From positions 100,509 through 164,508 of the forward strand of contig JAGBBT010000094.1 in NCBI GenBank assembly GCA_017938365.1: 64,000 nucleotides of DNA, given 5' to 3'. Numbering within the stretch: the first letter of the stretch is position 1; the number at the start of each line of letters is the position of its first letter. This document shows, in pieces, positions 40,226-50,154 of the stretch. The stretch is from Treponema sp. Its GTDB lineage: Bacteria; Spirochaetota; Spirochaetia; Treponematales; Treponemataceae. Position numbers and translations under genes: made by a program. The notes beneath the pieces are model-generated. The model saw nothing but the letters and a program-made list of their open reading frames with translations, was not told the origin of the DNA and searched no databases.

Positions 40226-41915
40226 TGATGAAAAAGGATTTTTTGCTGATTTTTTTGGGACTTTATTTGGATATGTTAAGAAAAACTGGAAAAAGATTTT
40301 AGTTTTTTCACTAACATTTCTTTTTACTGTGGCACTAATTTATTTAGATGCTAACACATCTGAAAATGTAGCTTCTTATGCTATTGGTGAATATGAAGTA
40401 GGGCAAATTGCAGATAGAACAATTTATGCAACTAAGTCTTTACAAGCAGACGAATATTTTCCAATTTCTATAGAGGAAGGTGAAAAGGTAATAAGAAAGG
40501 GTTTCCCTATTACAGAAGAAGATTTTTTAAAGTTAAGAAAAATGTCATCTTCTCCTAACTATATTGATTACAGAGCTTTTGCTGATAAAATTTTATATTT
40601 GATGTTATTAGCATCATTATGTATTTTATTTTATTCTCCTGTTTTAATTAATCGAGTTGTTGAATTAAAAGAAGTTGTTTTGGAATCAATATTATTTTTG
40701 ATTGTATTTTCATTTGCAACATTTGGCGATAAATCAGCTTTTTTTCAAAGTATATACGCATTACCAGTTATAATTCCTTCTGCATTATGTGTAGGTCTCG
40801 TTGCGATTTTATTTGGTCAGATTTCTGCTGTTTTCTTTTCTATAATTATTTCAATGGGAATATTATGTGCTGCAAATTTTGAATTAGTTCCATTTTTATT
40901 TACTTTAGCTTCTACTTTAACATTCACAAGAATTGTTAGAAATATTGAACATCGAATAGATATGGTTTTTTCATCTATTGGATTAGCTGTGTTTAATGTT
41001 ATATATATTCTAACATTAAAAGTAATTTTTAATGATAATTTTATTGATGCTATTTTTATTTTGCCAGGAATTGCTTTTAATGGATTCCTTTCTGGAATTT
41101 TAGTACTCGGACTTTTAACACCTTTAGAAGCAATTTTAAATACTGCATCAGTTTTCAGATTAATGGATTTAAGTGATCATCAAAATACTCCTATGTTAAG
41201 AAAACTATTCCTTACAGCACCAGGAACATATCAGCATAGTTTGATGGTTGGACAATTGGCAGAAAGTGCTTGTAATAAAATTGGTGCAAATGCTTTATTG
41301 GCAAGAGTTGCTTCTTACTATCATGATATTGGTAAAATTGAGCATCCTGAATATTTTACAGAAAATAATATAGAATCGGAAAATAAACATACAGATTTAA
41401 ATCCTTCATTGTCTGTTTCTGTAATAAAAAGTCATGTTAGATTGGGCGTTGAAAAAGCAAGGCAAATGTACTTACCAAAACAAGTTACAGACATAATCGT
41501 TGAACATCACGGAAATGGAGTAATTACATTTTTTTATAATGCCGCAAAAGAAAAAGATCCTTCTGTAAGTATTGAAGATTATAAATATGACGGAAATCCT
41601 CCAACTACTAAAGAAAGTGCCGTTGTTATGCTTGCTGATTCTGTGGAAGCTGCTTGTAAAACCTTGGACAAACCTACTGCACAACGATTGGAAAAATTTA
41701 TTCAGCAAATAATAAACTCAAAAATTGAGAGCCATCAATTAGATGATTGTGCATTAACATTTGGAGAATTAACAAAAATAAAAGAAGCTTTTGTTGATAT
41801 TTTAGCAGCATATTATCATGGAAGAATAAAATATCAAAATCAAAAAGATCCTGATGAAGAAAAAAATGATTTAAATGATGTCGAATCTAATTCTATGGGA
41901 GAAAAAAATGAATAA
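40200..41915 (+). CDS. 7TM-HD (HDIG) phosphohydrolase, PgpH-like c-di-AMP phosphodiesterase
   Basis: TM cluster then APGTYQHS, YYHDIGK, EHHG, MLADSVEA; phoH-ybeY context; true start may be 40209 or 40218. Confidence 0.85.
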   Translation: MRKMKQMNNDEKGFFADFFGTLFGYVKKNWKKILVFSLTFLFTVALIYLDANTSENVASYAIGEYEVGQIADRTIYATKSLQADEYFPISIEEGEKVIRKGFPITEEDFLKLRKMSSSPNYIDYRAFADKILYLMLLASLCILFYSPVLINRVVELKEVVLESILFLIVFSFATFGDKSAFFQSIYALPVIIPSALCVGLVAILFGQISAVFFSIIISMGILCAANFELVPFLFTLASTLTFTRIVRNIEHRIDMVFSSIGLAVFNVIYILTLKVIFNDNFIDAIFILPGIAFNGFLSGILVLGLLTPLEAILNTASVFRLMDLSDHQNTPMLRKLFLTAPGTYQHSLMVGQLAESACNKIGANALLARVASYYHDIGKIEHPEYFTENNIESENKHTDLNPSLSVSVIKSHVRLGVEKARQMYLPKQVTDIIVEHHGNGVITFFYNAAKEKDPSVSIEDYKYDGNPPTTKESAVVMLADSVEAACKTLDKPTAQRLEKFIQQIINSKIESHQLDDCALTFGELTKIKEAFVDILAAYYHGRIKYQNQKDPDEEKNDLNDVESNSMGEKNE

Positions 41916-42387
41916 TAGGGTATTAGTTTCTATTCAAGACGAATTAAATGAACCTTCTTGGTTTTCGAAAATAGAAGACTTCGAATTAAAAATCTTGGAT
42001 AAGCTTGGTTTTAAAGGTGAAGAAATTTCTATTCTTTTTTGTAATAATGAATTTATACAGCAATTAAATAAAAATTATAGAGATATTGATAGCCCAACTG
42101 ATATTCTTTCTTTTGAAAATGGTGAAAAATATATTGATGAAGAAGGAGTTGAATGGTTAAGTGCTGGTGATATGATTATTAGTATTGAAATGTTACCAGA
42201 AAATGCTAAATATTTTGAAGTAAGTGAAAACGAAGAATTAAAAAGATTATTGATTCATGGAACATTGCATTTAAATGGAATGGATCATGGTGATGAACAC
42301 ATCGATAAGAATTCAGAGTCTTCTGATCCGATGTTGATAAAACAAGAAAATTTATTAAAAGAATTTTCTGACATACAATTAATTTAA
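41908..42387 (+). CDS. ybeY: rRNA maturation endoribonuclease YbeY
   Basis: LNKNYR, PTDILSF, HGTLHLNGMDH; SD ggag. Confidence 0.94.
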   Translation: MNNRVLVSIQDELNEPSWFSKIEDFELKILDKLGFKGEEISILFCNNEFIQQLNKNYRDIDSPTDILSFENGEKYIDEEGVEWLSAGDMIISIEMLPENAKYFEVSENEELKRLLIHGTLHLNGMDHGDEHIDKNSESSDPMLIKQENLLKEFSDIQLI

Positions 42388-42402
42388 CAAGGAAAAGATT
42401 AA

Positions 42403-43218
42403 ATGGGTTTATTTAGTTTTTCCAAAAACAAAGAAACAAAAATAGAGGAATATTACTCCACAAAAAATTCTGAAAAAGATAATTCTGTCCAACAAGGAAC
42501 AAATCTTGTTGAAGAAAAAAAGGATATGATAAAAGGAATTGAGGATTTATCAGAAACTTCAGTAAAAGAAGTTATGATTCCTCGTATAGATGTCGATTTT
42601 ATTCCTGTAGATATTTCTGAAGAAGATTTATTGTCTTTTATTGCAAAAAGTGGACATTCACGATTCCCTGTGTATAGAGAATCTATAGATAAAATTTTAG
42701 GTATTTTGTATGTAAAAGACATAATAGCAGTGATTGCAAAAAAAGAATCTATAAATTTAAATGAGATTATTAGAAAACCATATTTTATTCCTGAAACAAA
42801 AAAAATTGACTCTTTACTTAGAGATTTTAAGAAAATGCACCTTCATATTGCAGTTGCTATTGATGAATATGGTGGTACAAGTGGAATTATTTGTATGGAA
42901 GATATTATTGAAGAAATTGTGGGCGATATACAAGATGAATTTGATCAAGAAGGTGAAGGTATTATATCTATAGGAGAAGGAATTTGGCTCTGTGATGCAA
43001 GAGTTAATTTAGAAGATTTATCTAAGTCATTAAATATAAAATTTCCAATTGATGATTATGATACTGTGGGTGGTTTTATTCTTGATTTGTTTGGTAAAAT
43101 CCCTGTTAAATATGAAAAAGTTGAATGGAATAATTTTGAATTTATTGCTCAAGAAGTAGAAGGTCATAGAGTAAATCTTATAAAAATTATAAAATTAGTT
43201 AGTAATGATGATGTGTAG
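42403..43218 (+). CDS. CBS-CorC_HlyC protein (CorC/TlyC hemolysin family)
   Basis: VMIPRID, GHSRFPVY, DEYGGTSG, EDIIEEIVGDIQDE. Confidence 0.9.
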   Translation: MGLFSFSKNKETKIEEYYSTKNSEKDNSVQQGTNLVEEKKDMIKGIEDLSETSVKEVMIPRIDVDFIPVDISEEDLLSFIAKSGHSRFPVYRESIDKILGILYVKDIIAVIAKKESINLNEIIRKPYFIPETKKIDSLLRDFKKMHLHIAVAIDEYGGTSGIICMEDIIEEIVGDIQDEFDQEGEGIISIGEGIWLCDARVNLEDLSKSLNIKFPIDDYDTVGGFILDLFGKIPVKYEKVEWNNFEFIAQEVEGHRVNLIKIIKLVSNDDV

Positions 43219-43257
43219 TTTTATTATATAAATTATAATAATTTTGTGGTGGGAAGT

Positions 43258-45336
43258 ATGAATAAAAGTCTAAAAAAAATATTATTTGTTTCTGTTTTTT
43301 TTGTAAGTTCTTTCTTATTTGCGACAAGTCGTGATTCTGCTTTGTATTATTTTAACAAAGGATTATTAAATCAAAATCAAGAGGATTGGTATGGTGCTAG
43401 TGAGAATTTTCAACAAGCATTACAGTTAAATAATTCTTATGGCGAAGCTTGGTTTCATTTAGCACAAGTTACATACGAATTAAATGATTTTTCATTATGT
43501 TTGTCATATCTGGAAAATGCAGATAAATATGCAAAAAATCGAACTGATATATTGAATTTGCGTGGTTTATGTTATATTTCTCTTGGAAAATTAGAAGAAG
43601 CTGAAAATGTATTTAACTCTATAATCAAAGATTTTCCTAATAATGTTGATGGTCGTTTTGGGTTGGCAGAACTAGAACTTTATAATGGAAGTTTTGACTC
43701 TGCTACAAATCTATATTTAGATGCATTAAAAAGACAAGGTCATAATAAAAAAGCATTACTTTCTTTGGCATTACTTTCTGCAGAAACTGGAAAATATGAT
43801 TTGTCAGAAAAGTATATTCAACAAGCATTACAATATCATTCAGGCGAAGCTCAAGTTCACTATTTAGCTTCATATTTAGATGCGAAAAAAGGAAAGTTAA
43901 AAGAAGCTGAAAGACGAGCAAAGGCAGCTGTTCAAATTAAACCAGATTATTTAGATGCATATATTTTATTAGCATCAATATTTTATGCACAAAATAAATA
44001 TGATGATGTGATTGATATTTGTGATTATTTAATAAATAAAAATCGAAAAACAATTTCTGCATGGTATTTAAAAGGTTTTTCGCAGTATCGTAAAAAGGAA
44101 TTTAACGAAGCAATTGAAACATGGACAACAGCATTATCGATTGATGAAACTGATGAAATATTAAGATGCTCTTTAGAGCTTTTAATTTCTGATATTTTAC
44201 CTTTAGAAGATGACCGAAGAGCTCACTGGGCTCAATTTCATATAAAAAAGGCACGAGATTATTCAAAGAGATTTTTAGGTGAAGAGGCTAGATACGAATA
44301 TCAAAGAGCTCTTCGAATAGATCCAAATAATATAACCGCAAGATTGGAGTTTGCAGAGATTATAAATAAATTAGGTCTCAGTGAACTTTATATTAATCAA
44401 TTAACTTTTATTCAAGAGAATTCTGAGCAAATTGATCCTATAAAAAAGACAAAATTAAATGATACAGTTGAATCGTATTCAGCGTTAATGAAATATTCGT
44501 TAAATCAAAAGTGGAATATAGAGCCATTTTATCTTGATAAAACTCGTTGGAATATCGGTGTTTTCTATAAGAAATCTCCAGTACAATTATTACATTGCGA
44601 TTCAGAAGAAATAACATCTTCTATGATTTCTGAAGTTTTTAATGGTATTGCAACAACATCTGTTTTTGTACAAAAAAGTCCTATTTTGGAATTTGGGGAA
44701 GCATTTAAAAAATCAAGAAAAAATAAACTTGATTATTTTATTATAATTGAGTTTCAAGAAACAGAAAGGGAAGTTTCATTAGAAGGAATTATATATAATG
44801 GAAAAAATGGAACTGTAGTAAAAAAAATTTCGCTTTTTAGAACTGGCAACGATAAATTTTCTTCAATTTTACGATCTTTTAGAAGAAATGTATTAGAAAT
44901 TCTACCTATTCGTGGCAAAATTTTAGAAAGAAATGGAAATTTAATTCTTGTTGATTTAGGTAAAAGTGAAGGCATAAAAGAAAATTCTGAATTATATGTG
45001 GTAAAAAAAGGAACTATAAAAACTAATGATAGTGGTGTTGGCGTTTCTTTTGATGATGAAAATTTGCTTGGATTAATAAAGATAAAAAGTGTTGGTGAAG
45101 AAATTGCTGAAGGTATTTTAACGCAAGATAGTTTTTATGATTTTATTAATATTGATGATGAAGTTTTAATAAAATCTATTCAGTTAAATGAAAATGATGT
45201 AATTCTTGATACAAATCCTACTGCAGATACTAGCGGAATTAATATAGCTAAGAAAAGTGAAAACCAATTGTCTATGGAACGTTTAGGGTTAATTAGAAAA
45301 CCTGCAATTTTAGATATTATACGAAATATAAATTAA
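43258..45336 (+). CDS. Exported tetratricopeptide repeat protein
   Basis: Signal peptide, many TPR motifs, C-terminal FlgT-like ILVDLGKSEGI. Confidence 0.85.
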   Translation: MNKSLKKILFVSVFFVSSFLFATSRDSALYYFNKGLLNQNQEDWYGASENFQQALQLNNSYGEAWFHLAQVTYELNDFSLCLSYLENADKYAKNRTDILNLRGLCYISLGKLEEAENVFNSIIKDFPNNVDGRFGLAELELYNGSFDSATNLYLDALKRQGHNKKALLSLALLSAETGKYDLSEKYIQQALQYHSGEAQVHYLASYLDAKKGKLKEAERRAKAAVQIKPDYLDAYILLASIFYAQNKYDDVIDICDYLINKNRKTISAWYLKGFSQYRKKEFNEAIETWTTALSIDETDEILRCSLELLISDILPLEDDRRAHWAQFHIKKARDYSKRFLGEEARYEYQRALRIDPNNITARLEFAEIINKLGLSELYINQLTFIQENSEQIDPIKKTKLNDTVESYSALMKYSLNQKWNIEPFYLDKTRWNIGVFYKKSPVQLLHCDSEEITSSMISEVFNGIATTSVFVQKSPILEFGEAFKKSRKNKLDYFIIIEFQETEREVSLEGIIYNGKNGTVVKKISLFRTGNDKFSSILRSFRRNVLEILPIRGKILERNGNLILVDLGKSEGIKENSELYVVKKGTIKTNDSGVGVSFDDENLLGLIKIKSVGEEIAEGILTQDSFYDFINIDDEVLIKSIQLNENDVILDTNPTADTSGINIAKKSENQLSMERLGLIRKPAILDIIRNIN

Positions 45337-46226
45337 TTCTGTATTTTATAAAAATCGAGAGAAGAATTAATCCATTTTCTTGATAATGCGGGATAAACAT
45401 CTTCAACAAACAAAAACATAGAAATTGCATGTCTATAATTTTCTGAATAATAAAGTGCTTGACCTAAGTAAAAGACTGCTCTATTAGTTGTAGATTCGCT
45501 TCTGTTTACACTTAAAAAATCTTGAAATTCTGTTATGGAGTTTGCGTAATTTTCTTTTATAAAAGAATTACTTAAGATTTCAAACAAAAAGTAGTCATCT
45601 CCTCCTAAGGGGGTAACTAGGTCTTCTTCGAAATAGTAAGGAGAAAGTTTTTTATTTTTAGTTTGTCTTGTTTTTAATTCAAGGGATTTGCCTGCTTCAA
45701 TTACATTTTTATTTAATTTATTTGGCTTTTTTGTTAAGTCTGATATATTTCCTAGATAAGGAAGAGGTAATTCTCTCATAACACCTGGTGCATAGTTTTT
45801 TTCTAAAAGAATATTATTTGAGTCAGATTTTTCATTTTGTTTTGTTATTTTAACTCCTTTAATTGTTGCATTAACAGAAGGCAAAATAACATCATATAAT
45901 TCGTCTTTGGAAATAGAAGCTAATACTAAATAATAATATGTTCTAAAGTTTGATACATTATCTACATAAACATTGCTGTTTGGAGTTAATTTTGCAATAG
46001 GTTTTAATTGGTAAAGTTGCTCTACAGTTGAAAATGGTTTTACATTTCTATAAATAAACAAATTTGTAGCATTAAATTTTTCAGGAATGGACCAGGTTAT
46101 TTCAATTTTGTTTGTATCTAACAATTTTGCTGATATATTTTGTACAATTGGTTTATTTACTTGTGAAAAAACATTAGAAATAAGAGAAAAAATAAAAAAT
46201 AAAGAAAATGTAAATCTTTTTCTCAT
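45333..46226 (-). CDS. Exported hypothetical protein (FN3-like N-terminus, TPR-like C-terminus)
   Basis: Signal peptide, IEITW...YVD...YYYLV, AVFYLGQALY. Confidence 0.7.
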   Translation of the reverse strand: MRKRFTFSLFFIFSLISNVFSQVNKPIVQNISAKLLDTNKIEITWSIPEKFNATNLFIYRNVKPFSTVEQLYQLKPIAKLTPNSNVYVDNVSNFRTYYYLVLASISKDELYDVILPSVNATIKGVKITKQNEKSDSNNILLEKNYAPGVMRELPLPYLGNISDLTKKPNKLNKNVIEAGKSLELKTRQTKNKKLSPYYFEEDLVTPLGGDDYFLFEILSNSFIKENYANSITEFQDFLSVNRSESTTNRAVFYLGQALYYSENYRHAISMFLFVEDVYPALSRKWINSSLDFYKIQN

Positions 46227-46263
46227 TTTATACATATTAATATAATGCAATAAAATAGTCCAT

Positions 46264-46292
46264 TTGACAAGATAAAACCTTTACTTTATTCT
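46264..46292 (+). promoter_or_regulatory. Sigma70 promoter giving a probably leaderless cas2-like/prfB transcript
   Basis: TTGACA-17 bp-TATTCT, 6 nt before ATG 46299, no SD. Confidence 0.7.
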
Positions 46293-46298
46293 TATGTT

Positions 46299-46592
46299 AT
46301 GTTTGTATCTGTAATTCTTGATATGGGTGGAATTGACAGTGCTAAAAAGGTTTCTACAATTCTCTCACGGTATGGATTTAATAAGGTTCAAAGAGCATGT
46401 TGGGAAAGTAAAGTAATTGATGGAAATCAATTGTTGCTTTTAAAACGCGAGTTAGATTCTGTTACAGATTATTATGACATAATAAGAATTTATCAGTTTC
46501 CAATAAACAATAAGTTTGTAATAACTGAATTATGTCGAAAAAAATGGAAAAAGATGATTTTATCAGATAAAAACAAAAAAGGAATTTTGTAA
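46299..46592 (+). CDS. Stand-alone Cas2/VapD-like small ferredoxin-fold protein
   Basis: 97 aa; VSVILD, KKVSTILSRYG, VQRACWE, DIIRIY match the Cas2 pattern; no cas1 or array in window. Confidence 0.7.
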   Translation: MFVSVILDMGGIDSAKKVSTILSRYGFNKVQRACWESKVIDGNQLLLLKRELDSVTDYYDIIRIYQFPINNKFVITELCRKKWKKMILSDKNKKGIL

Positions 46593-47729
46593 TGTTAGAA
46601 GATTTAAAAGAGCCACTAGATAAATTAAAAGAAGATATTATGAATGTTTGGGGGCATCTTTGACCATCAAACAATTGATAAAAAAATTAAAGAAACTGAA
46701 TTAATAATTGCTTCTCCTGATTTTTGGAACGATTCTTCTAATGCTCAAAAGGTAATGAATGATTTAAAATTGTTAAAAGGTCGAGTTGAACCATGGAGAG
46801 AATTAATTTCTGAAGTTGATGATATGAAAACTCTGTATGATCTTGGAATAGAAGGTCAAGATCAAAGTATAGAATTGGAATTAAAACCATTACTTGATTC
46901 AGCTAGAGAAAAGTTTGAACACCAAAGTATTTTAAATCTTTTGTCAGGTGAAGTCGATAAAAATGGATGCTTTTTAACGATTCATGCAGGTGCCGGTGGA
47001 ACTGAAGCTTGTGATTGGGCTTATATGCTAAGTAGAATGTATATTAGATGGGCTGAGCGACATGGATTTAAAATGGAAACTGTAGATTTACAGGAAGATG
47101 AAGGTGGTATAAAGAGTACTACGATACAAATAACTGGAGATTATGTTTATGGGTATTTAAAAGGCGAAGCTGGGGTTCATCGTTTAATTAGAATAAGTCC
47201 TTTTGATGCCAATGCTCGTAGACATACTTCCTTTAGTTCAATTTTTGTTTTTCCAATACTTGATGATAATATTAAAGTTGATATAAAGCCTGAAGATTTA
47301 CGCGTTGACACATATCGTTCTGGTGGTAAAGGTGGTCAGCATGTAAATAAAACAGATTCTGCGGTTAGATTTACTCACATTCCAACTGGAATTGTTGTTC
47401 AGTGTGACAGTGAACGCTCTCAGTTAATGAATAGAACTACAGCAATGAATATTCTTAAAGCTAAACTTTATCAACACTATAAAGAAGAACAAGAACGAGA
47501 AACTGCGAAATTTGGTGCAGAAAAAAAAGAAATATCCTGGGGTAACCAAATTAGAACTTATGTATTTCAACCATATACAATGGTTAAAGACCATAGAACG
47601 AAATATGAAGTCGGAAATATTCATTCTGTAATGGACGGAGAGATAGATAGTTTTATCGACGCATATTTACAAGCTCAGTGGAAAGGGTTGCCTAGTAGCA
47701 GTGTAGATAGTTCTGATGAAGATATGTAA
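46592..47729 (+). CDS. prfB: Peptide chain release factor 2, programmed +1 frameshift
   Basis: ATG 46592 opens 23 codons ending CTT TGA C (46658-46664) with internal G-rich SD; +1 frame has SPF and GGQ. Confidence 0.97.
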
Positions 47730-49270
47730 TGAAAGGTAAGTTTTTTTGTTCAAAAAAAATATTAATTATTCTTTTTCTCATAATTGAATCATACATAGTG
47801 TATTCTGAAGAATGGGTTTTGGCATGTCAGAAGTTTACCGTTAATACAAAAAAAAATTCTTCAACAGAACAAATTTCATCGTTACTTCCTCAATTGATTC
47901 TCGAACAAACATTAAATAATGGAATTAGATTTATATCTTCTGAGGAACATTTAGATAGACAATTAAATTCATTGCAAACGGAAAGATTGTCATTATTTTT
48001 ACAACTGTCAAAAGAATCTAAGGTAAAAGATTCTTTATTTTTAACTAAGATAAAACCAAGAGAATTAGAGAAAGCTATTCATCTTCAAGATAAAAAAATT
48101 CAAGAAATTCAAGAAAAAATTGATTTAAATTTATCTGAAGCTGATAAATTAATAGAAGATTACAATAATGGTGATCTGAATGAAAAGAAAATATTTCCAT
48201 TCATAAAAAAAACAAAACATGATTATTCTACTAATGAAGATGTTGTTTTGTATAAAAATGATTCGTCGCAGTTTTTTACTCCCTCTGATAATGCTATAAA
48301 AAATGGTGTAAATACATATATCTTTGAAAAAGAAGTAAATAATGCAAAGATTAACGGTTTGATTACAGGCGAAATCTCTGCTTTTGGAAATTATATTTCT
48401 GTAACAACTTATTTGTATCTTTATCCAGGTAGTAAGTGTATTTCAACAATTACAGAAGTTGGAAATATTGATGATTTGATTGGAATATCTAGTAGAATTG
48501 CAAGAAAAATTACACCTGCAATTGCAAATACATTGCCCGTGCAATTAAAATTTAATATTGAGCCAGAAATTGCCTCTGAGAATGCAGTTATAACTGTGGA
48601 TGGCGTTACTGTTAAATCTACAGATGATTTTATAATTGATGCTGGAATTCATTCTTTAACAATAAGTGCTGAAGGATTCGAATCAGAAACAATTACATAC
48701 AAGTTTTCTGATGATAAATTATTTTTAATTGATGTAAAATTAACTCCATTGCAATCCGGTTCCTTTAATATAAAATTAAAAAAAATTAACGAAGGTTTTT
48801 TTTACTTTAGAGGAATTGAAACCACTGAAATTACTCCTGAAAAAAATTCAGCTTCTATTTCCGTAAATGGAAAATCCGTTTTAGGATTATTTAAGAATCC
48901 TGTTGGAGAAAATGCCTTTGTGTATGTTTCTGAAAAAAATGCTGTAGTTGATAATAACTTAGTTATAAATGTTAAGCCTTTTGATAGAGCTGAAAATATT
49001 GATAAAAGAAGACGCTCTATGTATACGGCTTATAGTGCGTTGATATGTTCGTTGCCACTTACATATTATTGCTTAGGTAATTTTAATTCAGCTGATAAAG
49101 CATATAAAAATAATGTAGGAAGTTATGATGATGCAATGATGTGGCAAAATAGAACTTATGGTTGTATTGGAATTACTTCTGCATGTGGTATTTGGTTTGT
49201 TGTTGAATTAGTTAGATATATGTTTGCTGCAAATCAGGTTCTTCCTGCTAATGCAAAAAAAATAAAATAA
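47729..49270 (+). CDS. PEGA-like domain membrane/exported protein
   Basis: NAVITVDG...AGIHSLTISAEGFES; N-terminal hydrophobic segment and two C-terminal TMs. Confidence 0.7.
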   Translation: MKGKFFCSKKILIILFLIIESYIVYSEEWVLACQKFTVNTKKNSSTEQISSLLPQLILEQTLNNGIRFISSEEHLDRQLNSLQTERLSLFLQLSKESKVKDSLFLTKIKPRELEKAIHLQDKKIQEIQEKIDLNLSEADKLIEDYNNGDLNEKKIFPFIKKTKHDYSTNEDVVLYKNDSSQFFTPSDNAIKNGVNTYIFEKEVNNAKINGLITGEISAFGNYISVTTYLYLYPGSKCISTITEVGNIDDLIGISSRIARKITPAIANTLPVQLKFNIEPEIASENAVITVDGVTVKSTDDFIIDAGIHSLTISAEGFESETITYKFSDDKLFLIDVKLTPLQSGSFNIKLKKINEGFFYFRGIETTEITPEKNSASISVNGKSVLGLFKNPVGENAFVYVSEKNAVVDNNLVINVKPFDRAENIDKRRRSMYTAYSALICSLPLTYYCLGNFNSADKAYKNNVGSYDDAMMWQNRTYGCIGITSACGIWFVVELVRYMFAANQVLPANAKKIK

Positions 49271-49281
49271 GGTGATGTAAT

Positions 49282-50148
49282 ATGGCAAAGATTTCATTTT
49301 CTGAAAAATTTAAAAATCTTTTTTCTTCAAAAAAAAATAATGAAGAGTTTTTTGAAGAACTGACAGATATTCTTGTTGAAGGTGATATCGGTGCAAAAAT
49401 GGCTTTTGAGTTAACAGAGGAACTTGAATCACTTTGTAAAGCAAAGAAAATATTTGAAGAAGAGCAAATCAAAAAAGAATTAGCTAATATACTGAGAAAC
49501 TGTGTAGAGTCAACTGATTTAAAATTTGAAAATAATAAAACAAATATTTTTATGATATTAGGTGTTAATGGAGTTGGAAAAACAACTACAGCAGCTAAAT
49601 TAGCTAACTTTTTTAATTCAGATACAAATGTTGTTTTAGCAGCAGCAGATACATTCAGAGCAGCCGCAGAAGAACAACTTGAAATGCATGGAAAAAACTT
49701 AGCCATAAGAGTTATTACTCATCAACATGGAAGTGATCCTGCTGCCGTAGTTTTTGATGCTGCAGAAGCTATCAAAGCAAAAGCCGGAGGTTTGGTTATA
49801 GCTGATACTGCTGGACGACTTCATAATAAAGAAAATTTAGTTCGTGAATTACAAAAAATAAATAGAATTGCTACAGAAAAAGCAGATGAAGGATGTTGCT
49901 TAAAAATTTTAGTTATAGACGGAACAACTGGGCAAAATGCTGTTCGTCAGGCTGAAGTTTTTAATGAAGCCGTAGGAATTGATGCAATTGTAATTACAAA
50001 ATATGATTCTACCGCAAAAGGTGGAATGGTTTTCACAATTGGAAAAGAATTAAAAATACCAATTGCTTTTGTATGTACTGGAGAAAAATATCAAGATATA
50101 ATGAAATTTGATAAAGAATCTTATATAAAAGAGTTTTTAGGATTATAG
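49282..50148 (+). CDS. ftsY: SRP receptor FtsY (short NG form)
   Basis: GVNGVGKTTT, DTFRAAA, DTAGR, TKYDSTAKGG. Confidence 0.96.
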   Translation: MAKISFSEKFKNLFSSKKNNEEFFEELTDILVEGDIGAKMAFELTEELESLCKAKKIFEEEQIKKELANILRNCVESTDLKFENNKTNIFMILGVNGVGKTTTAAKLANFFNSDTNVVLAAADTFRAAAEEQLEMHGKNLAIRVITHQHGSDPAAVVFDAAEAIKAKAGGLVIADTAGRLHNKENLVRELQKINRIATEKADEGCCLKILVIDGTTGQNAVRQAEVFNEAVGIDAIVITKYDSTAKGGMVFTIGKELKIPIAFVCTGEKYQDIMKFDKESYIKEFLGL

Positions 50149-50154
50149 ATTTCA

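Noticed and set aside
46644-47729. ORF-track prfB starting at 46644
   Set aside because: Artefact of the +1 frameshift; the real start is ATG 46592 and the gene is not a pseudogene
45333-47729. CRISPR array or cas operon near the Cas2-like gene
   Set aside because: Flanks are fully coding; no regularly spaced direct repeats or other cas genes seen in the window
49248-49706. 152 aa minus-strand ORF
   Set aside because: Antisense shadow of ftsY
49282-50148. Truncated ftsY
   Set aside because: NG domain complete with SD and start; FtsY lacking the acidic domain is common
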